DNA of 64,000 bases from Dehalococcoidales bacterium. Lineage in GTDB: Bacteria > Chloroflexota > Dehalococcoidia > Dehalococcoidales > RBG-16-60-22. How positions within the stretch are numbered: the stretch's first letter is position 1; the number at the start of each line of letters is the position of its first letter. The stretch is taken from the NCBI GenBank assembly GCA_028712355.1, contig JAQTQH010000002.1, positions 5,398 to 69,397 of the forward strand, in the 5' to 3' direction. A program made the translations under genes and the position numbers. Below the pieces are notes generated by a model, which saw nothing but the letters and a program-made list of their open reading frames with translations, had not been told where the DNA came from and ran no database searches. Shown in pieces: positions 44,587 through 56,034 of the stretch.

Positions 44587-45314
44587 TATTCGAATCAGCG
44601 GACTTCACTTTTCCGGTACCTCCCGTTGTATCGAGGGCGAGGCGTGTCCTGATTAAACCATGTGCCGCCTACCCTGCTCCTTACCCGGTCACTACCCGCC
44701 CTGAAATGCTCGCTACTATCATCGCCAGTATCCGCAAGGTAAGCGATGCGGATATTCTGTTGCTGGAAGGCACTCATGGCGGCGGCCCAATCCAGCCCAT
44801 CTTCCAATCCCTCAGCTATGATTTCCCGCGGGTCCTGCTGGTGGATGTGAAAGACTGCACGCTGGTCGAAGTGGACAACCCCCTACCGAAACCTTTTATC
44901 GTCCCCACCTTCTGGGTACCCAATGTCATCCTCTCCAGCGACTACCTGATAACCGTTGCTCCGCTCAAGATAGTCAAAGACATACCCAGCCTGAGTATCA
45001 GGAATCTGCTTACGCTGTTGCCGATAACCAAGTACCGCGGCGAAGCAGAACACGGCTGGGGCAGCCTGTACGGACTGGGCATCGATAAAGTACTCGCCGA
45101 CCTCTATTTCACGCTGCCCTTCGACCTGGCGGTCATCGATGGCACACAAAAGTTCACCAGCGGTGATGACCCTGCCGAAGGCACCAGCGAAGACTACGGC
45201 AAGATATTCCTGGGGGAACCGTTTGAAGTCGATTCGGAAGTCAATGAAACTCTAGGGCTAGAATCAGAATACCTGGAACTGATTAAGAGCGCCAAAGCCG
45301 AATTGGAAGGATAA
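44583..45314 (+). CDS. DUF362 domain protein
   Basis: 243 aa with a TTG start after GGAGG. RRVLIKPCAAYPAPYPVTTRPEML resembles the DUF362 N-terminus. It overlaps mobB by 4 nt. Confidence 0.65.
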   Translation: MIFESADFTFPVPPVVSRARRVLIKPCAAYPAPYPVTTRPEMLATIIASIRKVSDADILLLEGTHGGGPIQPIFQSLSYDFPRVLLVDVKDCTLVEVDNPLPKPFIVPTFWVPNVILSSDYLITVAPLKIVKDIPSLSIRNLLTLLPITKYRGEAEHGWGSLYGLGIDKVLADLYFTLPFDLAVIDGTQKFTSGDDPAEGTSEDYGKIFLGEPFEVDSEVNETLGLESEYLELIKSAKAELEG

Positions 45315-45338
45315 AGAACCTTTAACCCGGAAACCGTA

Positions 45339-45590
45339 TTAATACTCGATGGTAAACTCGGAATATTGTCCGGACTCCTCGCTCCAGTCAACCTCTATTG
45401 AGTCAACATGAGCGTGAGACGGCCCTTCTCTAAGATACTCCAGGAGTTTTTCCAGTTGCCCCCGGTCGCCCTCCGCCCGGGTCTCCACAGAACCATCTTC
45501 GCGATTGCGCACGTATCCGGTCACACCCAGCCTCTGCGCCGTCTGCCGGGTGAAAGCCCGGAAGAACACCCCCTGCACCCTGCCTCGCAC
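45339..45590 (-). CDS. acyP: acylphosphatase (start codon uncertain)
   Basis: It contains GRVQGVFFRAFTRQTAQRLGVTGYVRNREDGSVE. The GTG start at 45590 leaves only 2 residues before GRVQGV. The in-frame upstream codons (ATA GTC TCA CTC AAG GCA ATC) would supply the missing beta-1 strand. Confidence 0.8.
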   Translation of the reverse strand: MRGRVQGVFFRAFTRQTAQRLGVTGYVRNREDGSVETRAEGDRGQLEKLLEYLREGPSHAHVDSIEVDWSEESGQYSEFTIEY

Positions 45591-45607
45591 GATTGCCTTG
45601 AGTGAGA

Positions 45608-45763
45608 CTATTCCTCCTCACCTTCCTTCGGCTTCTTCCCCTTCGTCTTGATTACTTCCACTTCGGGAGAAGTTGTGATGATATCGATAGCAGGAGCTAT
45701 CTTCTTGGCATCTTTTTTGGGTTTCCTGTTTTCATGCCGCTGATAATTTCCCATTCTCGCCAT
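45608..45763 (-). CDS. possible small basic protein (51 aa)
   Basis: Below the ORF-track size cutoff. Hand translation gives MARMGNYQRHENRKPKKDAKKIAPAIDIITTSPEVEVIKTKGKKPKEGEEE. An AAGGAG SD lies 7 nt upstream of ATG 45763. Confidence 0.35.
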   Translation of the reverse strand: MARMGNYQRHENRKPKKDAKKIAPAIDIITTSPEVEVIKTKGKKPKEGEEE

Positions 45764-45827
45764 AACAGAACTCCTTTCTGACTTACCATTCTTTCAGATT
45801 TCTGTTAGAAGTTTAGCAAAGAGCGGT

Positions 45828-46529
45828 TTACGATGTAAAGTCCTCACCAAGGTTCACCAGCGCTTGCTGAGCCGCCCCGCTTTCCGCCGCCTTCTTGCTC
45901 TTTCCTGAGCCGGTACCCGCCACCCTGCCGTCTACCAGCACTTCGACGGTAAAAATGCGGTCATGGTCGGGACCCGTTGTCGCCACCACCCGGTATATTG
46001 GTGATGATTTTCCGCGTGATTGCACCAACTCCTGCAGCCATGACTTATAATTTACCTCGGTGCCGCGATCTACCGCCTCTTTCAATTCAGTATAGAACCA
46101 TTTCAGCACGAATTCACGAGCTGACGCCAGACCCCGGTCAAGATAAATTGATGCGATGAATGCTTCAAGAGCTCTTGCCAGATTCGCCGGCCGGCTCCGG
46201 CCTCCCCCGGCTTCCTCGCCCCTGCCCAGACAGAGATACTCCCCGAGATTGAGCGCCTTCGCCACGCGTGCCAGGGTATCCTCCCGCACCAATGCCGAAC
46301 GCAGCTTGGTCATGCTGCCTTCATCAAGAGCAGGATAGTCAAGGTAGAGTTTTTCCGCGACGATTAGCCCCAGCACAGCATCGCCCAGGAACTCCAAACG
46401 TTCGTTGGATTGGGGGGCAAGGTCGGGGTACTCATGGCAATATGAGCTATGGCTCAAAGCCTGCTGCAACAGCAACTGGTTCTTGAAAGCTATTCCGCTT
46501 GTCTTTTGTAAATCTTCCGGGGCAGGCAT
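45828..46529 (-). CDS. rnc: ribonuclease III
   Basis: 233 aa with NERLEFLGDAVLG and a C-terminal dsRBD (GSGKSKKAAESGAAQQAL). Confidence 0.92.
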   Translation of the reverse strand: MPAPEDLQKTSGIAFKNQLLLQQALSHSSYCHEYPDLAPQSNERLEFLGDAVLGLIVAEKLYLDYPALDEGSMTKLRSALVREDTLARVAKALNLGEYLCLGRGEEAGGGRSRPANLARALEAFIASIYLDRGLASAREFVLKWFYTELKEAVDRGTEVNYKSWLQELVQSRGKSSPIYRVVATTGPDHDRIFTVEVLVDGRVAGTGSGKSKKAAESGAAQQALVNLGEDFTS

Positions 46530-46590
46530 ATCAACCTCGCTTCATAAAAAGGATAATTCGCCACGATGGCGATGTCAAGATAGCCTGCAC

Positions 46591-46620
46591 TTGATTTGTT
46601 CCTATCTATTGCAGTAAAAT
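46591..46620 (+). promoter_or_regulatory. putative promoter for tRNA-Ile
   Basis: TTGATT (46591-46596), an 18-nt spacer, then TAAAAT (46615-46620), 12 nt before the tRNA 5' end. Confidence 0.45.
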
Positions 46621-46632
46621 TAATAGTCAATT

Positions 46633-46709
46633 GGGCCATTAGCTCAGCTGGTTAGAGCACAGTCCTGATAAGACTGGGGTCTCTGGTTCGAGTCCAGAAT
46701 GGCCCACCA
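46633..46709 (+). tRNA. tRNA-Ile (anticodon GAU), CCA encoded
   Basis: Acceptor stem GGGCCAT pairs with ATGGCCC. It has the D-loop AGCTCAGCTGGTTAGAGC, the anticodon loop CTGATAA, a GGTTCGAGTCC T-arm and a terminal ACCA. Confidence 0.92.
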
Positions 46710-47008
46710 CTAGCACATCTTGAACAATTCAACAATATAAAATTCGCACAACTACCGCGCACAAGATAAATTCTACATCAGTTTTAGGTCTCAGGATTCA
46801 TCCCAATTTTCGTTTTCATCCTTAAGATTTTCAATCGACTGTTAACAATTATCTACAGATAGACCCCAATTTAATCGTTATTTGGTAACATGGATGATGA
46901 CCATACCCGATATGATATAATCAAGTTTATCGATTTAAAGCCTTAGTTTTTGCAAGATTATAGAGTGTTCAGGTAAACCCGTTAATGAAACTATAAGAGG
47001 AAATTGAT

Positions 47009-47500
47009 ATGCAGCCAAGAATTGAAGCTGTACAAGAAAAGAAACTAGTTGGGAAATGCCTTAAAATGTCTTTTTCTAAAAACAGAACTATGGAATTATG
47101 GCGAAGTTTTGCGCCGCGTATCAAAGAGATAAAGAATAGCGCAGATTCAGATTTATACTCTGTTGAAGTTTATGAATCGGGATTTTTTGATAATTTTATT
47201 CCTGAAAGAGAATTTGATAGATGGGCGGCTATTGAAGTAACAGACTTCAATGAAATTCCTGATGAAATGGAAAACATTACCTTACCGGGTGGGCTTTATG
47301 CTGTCTTTATATATATAGGACCTGCCAGCGCAGCATCAATAATCTATCAGGCTATTTTGGGAACATGGTTGCCAAAATCCGAATTCTTATTGGATAACCG
47401 GCCTCATTTTGCCTTGATGGGAACAGAATATAAAGGGGAAGACCCGGGTTCTGAAGAAGAAATTTGGATACCCATAAAACGGAAAATTAATAACAAATAA
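47009..47500 (+). CDS. GyrI-like small-molecule-binding domain protein (AraC effector-binding fold)
   Basis: 163 aa with KLVGKCLKMSF ... LPGGLYAVFIYIGP ... EIWIPI. The gene is low-GC and sits in an AT-rich stretch. Confidence 0.65.
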   Translation: MQPRIEAVQEKKLVGKCLKMSFSKNRTMELWRSFAPRIKEIKNSADSDLYSVEVYESGFFDNFIPEREFDRWAAIEVTDFNEIPDEMENITLPGGLYAVFIYIGPASAASIIYQAILGTWLPKSEFLLDNRPHFALMGTEYKGEDPGSEEEIWIPIKRKINNK

Positions 47501-47721
47501 TACTGAAATGAATCTGATTATGTTTTAAAAAGTCGAACTATCTGAATCCTAATAACCTGAATCTAAGCCCGAACAATTTAGTTCTTGATATTGTGCAGTA
47601 CCGCCCATTACTGTTTTACCTCATCGCCTTTTCGCAGACTCTTCATCGGATGTGCTACAATAATCTTAAGCTTTTTTTATCTGAAAACTGGAACATTTTT
47701 CGCGCTTAAGGAGGGATTTCC

Positions 47722-48675
47722 ATGAATTGTCTGGTCACCGGCGGCACTGGCTTCATCGGCACTTATATCATCAAGGAACTGATTAAGGATGGCGAGCAGA
47801 TAATCGCCTATGATACCTACCCGTCAACCGAACTCCACGAGAAGGTGCTTGGTAAACCGGAAAGAGAAAAAATCAAGCATGTCCAGGGCGATGTGACCGA
47901 CCTCGCCCAGCTTGTCCGCACGGTTAAAGAACACAAAATCGATAAGATAGTCCACATGGCTTATATCCTGACCAATGATACTACTGCAAACCCGCCTCTG
48001 GGTCTGAGGGTGAATATCATGGGCACAAATAACATCTTTGAGACCGCCCGGATAATGGATATTCAGAAAGTGGTCTGGGCCAGCAGTATCAGCGTTTACG
48101 GACCCGCCAGCAAATATAAGGAGAAAGTCCTCCCCAACGACGCGCCGCAATACGGGGCAAACCCCTACGGCGCCTGCAAGTCATTTAATGAACAGATGGC
48201 GACCCACTACTTCAACCGCTTCGGCGTGGACAGTATCGCGATACGTTTTGCCTGGATTTACGGTCCCGGTCAAAGGGGTACGGGCGCCAGCGCCACCATC
48301 ACCCGCGGACTCATGGAAAATCCGGGTCTGGGTAAGGAAGGACTGGTCCCCGATGGCGAAAGCATGGCGAACTGGCTTTTCGTTGAGGATGCCGCCCGTT
48401 CCGTGGCGCTTGCCTGCAAAGCAGGCAAGACCGAAACGAGAGCTTTCAATATCAGCGGGGACATCCGATCCATGAAAGAGGCTGCCGATTATGTAAAGTC
48501 TATCATCCCCGGCGCGAAGATTACTCTATCGCCCGGCAAAGGGGTACAGGCATACGCCTATGACGTAAGCCTTATCGAAAAGGAACTCGGCTTTAAACCC
48601 AAATGGTCTATGGAAGCCGGCATGAAGCAAACGATTAATACCATCCGGAAATGGCATGGCCTGCCGCCTGTCTAG
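47722..48675 (+). CDS. NAD-dependent epimerase/dehydratase (extended SDR)
   Basis: 317 aa with MNCLVTGGTGFIG and YGACK (YxxxK). Confidence 0.85.
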   Translation: MNCLVTGGTGFIGTYIIKELIKDGEQIIAYDTYPSTELHEKVLGKPEREKIKHVQGDVTDLAQLVRTVKEHKIDKIVHMAYILTNDTTANPPLGLRVNIMGTNNIFETARIMDIQKVVWASSISVYGPASKYKEKVLPNDAPQYGANPYGACKSFNEQMATHYFNRFGVDSIAIRFAWIYGPGQRGTGASATITRGLMENPGLGKEGLVPDGESMANWLFVEDAARSVALACKAGKTETRAFNISGDIRSMKEAADYVKSIIPGAKITLSPGKGVQAYAYDVSLIEKELGFKPKWSMEAGMKQTINTIRKWHGLPPV

Positions 48676-48710
48676 GTACGTTCAGGAGCATACTCGTAGA
48701 AACCTGTCGG

Positions 48711-48763
48711 GAGCCGCGGTGATAGACGATTTGAATCATCGGGGCTCTTTGTTCTTGTTTTTT
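48711..48763 (+). terminator. putative rho-independent terminator
   Basis: The imperfect hairpin GAGCCGCGGTGAT...ATCATCGGGGCTC is followed by TTTGTTCTTGTTTTTT. Confidence 0.5.
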
Positions 48764-48822
48764 AACCGCCATTCCTCGTATAGTATTATCGGTTTCTTTA
48801 TTATGCATCAGGGTAGATACGA

Positions 48823-50067
48823 TTGATTCCGGAACTGGCTGGATTTATCACTCGCCGCGAGGGCAGGAAGTTCCTCCGGTTGCGCCCCGCCATCGATGAA
48901 TCGGTGGTTACGGGGTCAGGAGTCGATGAGGGCATCTCGCTGTATATTCACATCCCTTTCTGCCGCACCCTCTGTCCCTTCTGCTGCTTCAACCGCTACC
49001 TGTTCAAAGAAGACCAGGCAAGAAGCTATTTCGTTTCTCTCCGTAAAGAACTGGATTTCTACATTCAGCGGGGCTTCCGCTTTTCAGATTTCTATTTCGG
49101 CGGCGGCACACCCACCATCATGATGGATGAGCTTCTCTCTTTTATCGACTATTTGAATCAAAACTTCACCGTGAAGCGGATTTCCCTTGAGACCACGCCG
49201 CGCGACATAAGCGAAGAGACCGTGCGCCAGCTTAAAGCGGCGGGCGTTAACCGCCTTTCCGTGGGTGTGCAGAGCTTCGATGACCGCATCCTGAAAGCGA
49301 TGGGCAGGCTGTTCATCACCGGAGAAGAAGCGAAAGAGCGGTTGCGCTTGGTGCAGGGTAAATTCGATACTGTCAACGTGGACTTCGTTTTTAATTTTCC
49401 CGGGCAATCGCTTACCCAATTCGAGGCGGATGTCCGTACTTTCCGGGAACTGGTCATCGATCAGGCGACCTTCTATCCTCTGATGGCTTCGCCGCACAAG
49501 CGGGACGCCATGGAGCGCCGCTTCAACCGCATCGATACCTCACGGGAGAAAAAGTTTTACAACATTATTCTCAGGGAGCTTTTTCCCGCCGGGTATCAAT
49601 CATCGACGGCATGGTGCTTCTCCCGCGGCGACCGCATGCTGGCGGAATACATCATCGATTCGGATGACTATATCGGCATCGGCGCCGGCTCGGTGAGCAT
49701 TGTAAAAGGCAACTTTTTCGTCAACTCGTTTTCGCTGGAGAAGTACGCCGCAATGATAGACAGCGGCAGGTTACCCGTCGTCGGCTGGCGTAGCTTATCA
49801 CCCGCGGAGCACCTGCGCTATTACCTGCTTACCAAGCTCTTCGGTCTTGAAATAAGCGAGGAGAAATTCCGCAGGCGGTTTGATACCGGTCTTTACCGGA
49901 AACTGGGCGCAGAACTGACTCTGCTGCGTCTGGCGGGGGTGCTGCGCGGGCAGACAGACGGATTTAAGGTGACCCGCCGGGGCATGTACACCGTGAGCGT
50001 CATGATGCGTGACTTCTTCGCCTCTTTAAACACCCTGCGCGAGCACTATATAGAGCGCCAGGTTTAG
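48823..50067 (+). CDS. radical SAM protein, HemN/HemW (oxygen-independent coproporphyrinogen oxidase-like) family
   Basis: It contains LYIHIPFCRTLCPFCCF (CX3CX2C) and YFGGGTPT. The start is uncertain: TTG 48823 or GTG 48904. Confidence 0.8.
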   Translation: MIPELAGFITRREGRKFLRLRPAIDESVVTGSGVDEGISLYIHIPFCRTLCPFCCFNRYLFKEDQARSYFVSLRKELDFYIQRGFRFSDFYFGGGTPTIMMDELLSFIDYLNQNFTVKRISLETTPRDISEETVRQLKAAGVNRLSVGVQSFDDRILKAMGRLFITGEEAKERLRLVQGKFDTVNVDFVFNFPGQSLTQFEADVRTFRELVIDQATFYPLMASPHKRDAMERRFNRIDTSREKKFYNIILRELFPAGYQSSTAWCFSRGDRMLAEYIIDSDDYIGIGAGSVSIVKGNFFVNSFSLEKYAAMIDSGRLPVVGWRSLSPAEHLRYYLLTKLFGLEISEEKFRRRFDTGLYRKLGAELTLLRLAGVLRGQTDGFKVTRRGMYTVSVMMRDFFASLNTLREHYIERQV

Positions 50068-50074
50068 ACAGGGT

Positions 50075-50791
50075 TTACTTCACCGCAACGTGAATCCCGG
50101 CCGCGCCGAAAAACAGCGGACAGTAGGAGACCGACTTAAAACCGACTCCAATAAGCAGTTCCCTGACCTCCGCCGGTGTATAGAAGCGTACCATTGATTC
50201 CGCCAGATATTCATACGCTGACCGGTTCCCGGAAAGCAGATACCCTATGTTGAAAACGAAGCCGCGCAGGTAGAGCCGGAAAAACCATCTGATAAATTGT
50301 GATGACGGCTGGCTGCTCTCCACGATGACGAACCTGCCACCCGGCGCCAGTACCCGGAGCACCTCCTCCAATGCTGTCTGTGTAATGGGATTATGGTAAG
50401 TCAGGTTGCGGAAGGCAAAGGAAATTCCCACAATATCAAAATTTTCCTCGGGAAAGGGCAGTCGGGTGGCATCGCCAAGAACAAAATCAGGGCTGTTGGC
50501 GACGAGTCTGGCGGCTTTTTTGCGGGCAATCTCCAGCATCGGCTCGCTATAATCCAGACCGATAATTTCCAGTTTGCCTTTCGCCTGCCGGGAGATGGCA
50601 ATAGACAGGTCTCCGGTGCCGCAGGCAAGATCGAGAATGCGCTGCGGAGTAAAAGCCAGGCATGTCCGGGCGGCAGCCCGGCGCCAGTTACGATCCATCC
50701 CCAGCGTAATGACGTGATTAATAAGGTCGTAGCTGGGTGGCACGGCGGTAAACATACCGTGCAAAGGTCTGCCCTGTGCCGAATCAGCCAC
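50075..50791 (-). CDS. class I SAM-dependent methyltransferase, UbiE/MenG-like
   Basis: 238 aa with YDLINHVITLGMDRNWRR and LDLACGTGDL. Confidence 0.8.
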   Translation of the reverse strand: MADSAQGRPLHGMFTAVPPSYDLINHVITLGMDRNWRRAAARTCLAFTPQRILDLACGTGDLSIAISRQAKGKLEIIGLDYSEPMLEIARKKAARLVANSPDFVLGDATRLPFPEENFDIVGISFAFRNLTYHNPITQTALEEVLRVLAPGGRFVIVESSQPSSQFIRWFFRLYLRGFVFNIGYLLSGNRSAYEYLAESMVRFYTPAEVRELLIGVGFKSVSYCPLFFGAAGIHVAVK

Positions 50792-51682
50792 CTAGAAAAC
50801 CACCGCCAGAATATAGCCGATGCCCAGAAAAAACTGCGTCAGTAGCACGACCATGACGTTACTCGCCATGGCGGGCACGAGGTAATTCATGTTCCCGAAG
50901 CGTAAAGCACCCTTAATTGCCTTAACCGCCATCGGTATGGTGAGCAGACCCAGCAGCGTGAAGACAGGCATTACTCCAGCGGCAACCCATGCTACTATCC
51001 AGACATAGACGAGGATAGTCAGCGCGGCATATATCCTGCTGGAACGCGTCCGGTTTAGAGTGATGGGCATGGTCTTGCGGTTGGCAATCTTATCCGCCTC
51101 GACGTCGGGAAATTCATTTAAAAAAAGAAGGTTATGCACTAAAATACCGGACGGCACCGCCGCCACCAGCGCAGGCCAGGTGTACGTTCCGGACTGCACA
51201 AAGTAGGCGCCGAGCACCGGCAGAATCCCCAATCCCAGCCCCGCCGATAGCTCCGGCCAGGGCAACTTGAGAATAAAAGGGCTATAGAGCACGATACAAA
51301 ACACCGCGACGAGCAGTAAAGGCAACAACTGCCAGCCTACCGTAACGGTGAAATATATTCCGATGAGCGCCGCCGCGAGCAGTGAGCCAAGTCCCAGCCA
51401 GAGCACCTGCGCCGGCTGCAACTTTGCTTCCGGCAGCATACCGCTGCCGCCGCTGAACGGTGTCCGCTGCGTCGCTTTGTCCACGCCGCTGCGGTAATCG
51501 AAATAATCGTTCAGGGTATTGACGCTGACATGCGCCATGACCAGCCCGAAAGTGGCGAGCAATGCATAGCCAAGATGAAAATAGCCGTGATACCAGGCGA
51601 TAGCAATACCCAGAAACGCCAGTACAATAGAAAGAATTAAAAATTGCGGACGGGTCTCCCGAAAAAATAACTTAAGGATCAC
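50792..51682 (-). CDS. UbiA-family prenyltransferase (MenA-like)
   Basis: 296 aa and multi-TM, with NTLNDYFDYRSGVD (first Asp-rich motif) and DVEADK (second). It abuts the methyltransferase gene with zero spacer. Confidence 0.75.
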   Translation of the reverse strand: MILKLFFRETRPQFLILSIVLAFLGIAIAWYHGYFHLGYALLATFGLVMAHVSVNTLNDYFDYRSGVDKATQRTPFSGGSGMLPEAKLQPAQVLWLGLGSLLAAALIGIYFTVTVGWQLLPLLLVAVFCIVLYSPFILKLPWPELSAGLGLGILPVLGAYFVQSGTYTWPALVAAVPSGILVHNLLFLNEFPDVEADKIANRKTMPITLNRTRSSRIYAALTILVYVWIVAWVAAGVMPVFTLLGLLTIPMAVKAIKGALRFGNMNYLVPAMASNVMVVLLTQFFLGIGYILAVVF

Positions 51683-51814
51683 CGCTGTCTCCTTGCGTTA
51701 AAAAGTTCCTCCGTCTGGCAGAGTAGCAGACAGAATACATCCCTGTCAATATCCGGAAAATCCGCTCTGGACTTTATCCCGCCGTTAGCTTAGAATGTCC
51801 TTGTTTGTTATCAC

Positions 51815-52576
51815 ATGAATACCAACGACACGGATATTATCGTCGGCCGCAACCCGGTTATCGAAGCGCTGAAATCGGGACGCCCTATCAACAAAGTCCT
51901 GCTGTCGCGCAATAGCGAGCGGCACAGCGCAATTGCCGAAATACTAAGGCTGACGCATGGAAAAGGCATTCCGGTAGAGTATGTGTTTTCCAGCACCCTG
52001 GACGAAGTAAGCCCCACTATTACCCACCAGGGCGTCCTTGCCTACGCCGCTGTCAAAGGTTATGCGAGCATGGAAGACCTGCTGGCCGTCTCCAGAGATA
52101 AGAACGAGCCGCCGTTATACTGCATTCTTGACGGCGTGGAAGACCCGCAAAATCTGGGCGCCATTATCCGCACCGCCGAAGCGAGCGGCATTCACGGAAT
52201 TATCATCCGCGCACGGCGGGCAGTGGGACTTACGGCGGCCGTCGCCCGGGCTTCCGCCGGTGCGGTGGAGTATGTGCCAGTCGCCCGGGTAAACAATATC
52301 GCACAGTCTATTGAAACACTGAAAAAGGAACAGGTCTGGGTAATCGGCATTGAAAAAGAAGGACATACCGATTATACGCAGGTCGATTATAAAATACCGA
52401 CGGCGATAGTCATCGGCGGAGAAGGCAAGGGGCTATCCGATTTAGTCAAGAAGCGCTGCGACTATCTGGCAGCCATCCCGATGGTGGGTAAAATTACCTC
52501 GCTCAACGCCTCCATCGCGGCGGCACTCGTCATGTACGAAGCCCTCCGCCAGAGGAATTCATCCACGCACCATTGA
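51815..52576 (+). CDS. rlmB: 23S rRNA (guanosine-2'-O)-methyltransferase, SpoU/TrmH family
   Basis: 253 aa with DGVEDPQNLGAIIRTAEA and SLNASIAAALVMYE. Confidence 0.85.
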   Translation: MNTNDTDIIVGRNPVIEALKSGRPINKVLLSRNSERHSAIAEILRLTHGKGIPVEYVFSSTLDEVSPTITHQGVLAYAAVKGYASMEDLLAVSRDKNEPPLYCILDGVEDPQNLGAIIRTAEASGIHGIIIRARRAVGLTAAVARASAGAVEYVPVARVNNIAQSIETLKKEQVWVIGIEKEGHTDYTQVDYKIPTAIVIGGEGKGLSDLVKKRCDYLAAIPMVGKITSLNASIAAALVMYEALRQRNSSTHH

Positions 52577-52601
52577 CAGATATGCTTCTATAGTGCATAA
52601 T
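52573..52601 (+). promoter_or_regulatory. putative rpsP promoter
   Basis: TTGACA (52573-52578), a 17-nt spacer ending in TG, then CATAAT (52596-52601). The -35 element overlaps the rlmB stop. Confidence 0.55.
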
Positions 52602-52638
52602 TAATTACGAAAAATTTAAATGACAAGGCTAGGTGGGA

Positions 52639-52908
52639 ATGGTAAGAATTAGATTACGCCGCATGGGGGGCAAGAAGCAACCCAGCTACCGACTGGTAGT
52701 CACAGATATCCGTACGCCCCGCAATGGTGCCTTCGTAGATGTCATCGGAAACTATAATCCCCGGACGAATCCGGAAACAGTGGTGATAGAGGAAGAGAAA
52801 GCCTTACACTGGCTCAAGCAGGGAGCCCAACCTACGGCTACGGTTGCCAGGCTGCTTAACAAGACTGGCATTATGGCAAAGTTCAAACCTGTCAAGGAGA
52901 AAGCATGA
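52639..52908 (+). CDS. rpsP: 30S ribosomal protein S16
   Basis: It begins MVRIRLRRMGGKKQPSYRLVV. I prefer ATG 52639 to the track GTG 52633. Confidence 0.92.
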   Translation: MVRIRLRRMGGKKQPSYRLVVTDIRTPRNGAFVDVIGNYNPRTNPETVVIEEEKALHWLKQGAQPTATVARLLNKTGIMAKFKPVKEKA

Positions 52909-53132
52909 AAGAACTTGTAGAGTACATCGCCAAATCAATCGTCAATGTCCCGGACAGCGTCAAAATCGAAGAGGAAACCAACGAAGAAGGCATCACACTG
53001 AAACTTTCGGTTGCGGATGAGGATAAGGGACGGATTATTGGCAAACAGGGTCAGGTTGCCCAGGCAATGCGCACCCTGCTCCGGGTGAAAGCCGCCAAAG
53101 CCGCCACTAAAGTCAGACTTGAAATCATCTAG
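52905..53132 (+). CDS. KH-domain RNA-binding protein (YlqC-like)
   Basis: 75 aa with RIIGKQGQVAQAMRTLL. It overlaps rpsP by 4 nt. Confidence 0.85.
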   Translation: MKELVEYIAKSIVNVPDSVKIEEETNEEGITLKLSVADEDKGRIIGKQGQVAQAMRTLLRVKAAKAATKVRLEII

Positions 53133-53160
53133 TCTTTAATACTTAATACTAAACCAGACT

Positions 53161-53220
53161 AGCTTCACTTCCCTGTGATAGGTTTAAAAGAAAGTCACCA
53201 GGGAGTGGAGCTTTTTATTT
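53161..53220 (+). terminator. putative rho-independent terminator of rpsP-KH operon
   Basis: AGCTTCACTTCCCTG pairs imperfectly with CAGGGAGTGGAGCT around a long loop, and is followed by TTTTTATTT. Confidence 0.5.
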
Positions 53221-53334
53221 AGAGATTGATTTTCGTGCGGTCAATCAAGGAAATACTGAGAGACATTAACCTGATTTGATATGAAAAGCAAATCGTAACA
53301 GGAATCAGCGTTGAAAAATGGCGGAAGAAGAATC

Positions 53335-53757
53335 TTACAAATTGCGCCGGCGGCGTTTGACCTTTTCCGCAATTTTGAGGCGTGCCACCGCGCGCGCCAA
53401 GGCTGCCTGAGCGGCTTCTTCATCAACTGCCGCCGGATGATGCGCCAACCTATCCTGTGCCTTTTGCCGGGCAGCTTCCGCCCGCGCCACATCAATTTCG
53501 TCAGCTCGCTCCGCCGCATCCGCCAGTACGATGACCCGGGTCGGTCTTACTTCTAAAAATCCCCCGCTGATGGCGAGAACCGTCTCGTCATCGCCTTTTC
53601 TAATACGCAGCTCGCCAGGCAGGAGCGTGGTCATCAGCGGGGTATGGTGCGGCAGAATACCCAGTTCCCCCATCAGTCCGGGGGCAACTATCATGTCCAC
53701 ATCCTCGGAGAAGACCACCTTTTCAGCAGTAACGATATCCAGCTTAAAACTTGCCAT
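53335..53757 (-). CDS. atpC: F1 ATP synthase subunit epsilon
   Basis: 140 aa with KLDIVTAEKVVFSEDVDMIVAPG..GELGILPHHTPL. Confidence 0.9.
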   Translation of the reverse strand: MASFKLDIVTAEKVVFSEDVDMIVAPGLMGELGILPHHTPLMTTLLPGELRIRKGDDETVLAISGGFLEVRPTRVIVLADAAERADEIDVARAEAARQKAQDRLAHHPAAVDEEAAQAALARAVARLKIAEKVKRRRRNL

Positions 53758-53765
53758 GAATCAAC

Positions 53766-56020
<2,255 letters not shown>

Positions 56021-56034
56021 AATTATCCTCTTGA

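Noticed and set aside
47571-47584. GAACAATTTAGTTC as a second SOS box
   Set aside because: The spacer is 6 nt, not 4, so it does not fit the GAAC-N4-GTTC operator seen at lexA. It also lies in AT-rich non-coding DNA with no damage-related gene downstream.
46633-47721. Integrated element at tRNA-Ile with att repeats
   Set aside because: I looked for a duplicated copy of the tRNA 3' end (GGTTCGAGTCCAGAATGGCCCACCA) downstream and found none, and there is no integrase. It is kept only as a low-interest compositional observation.
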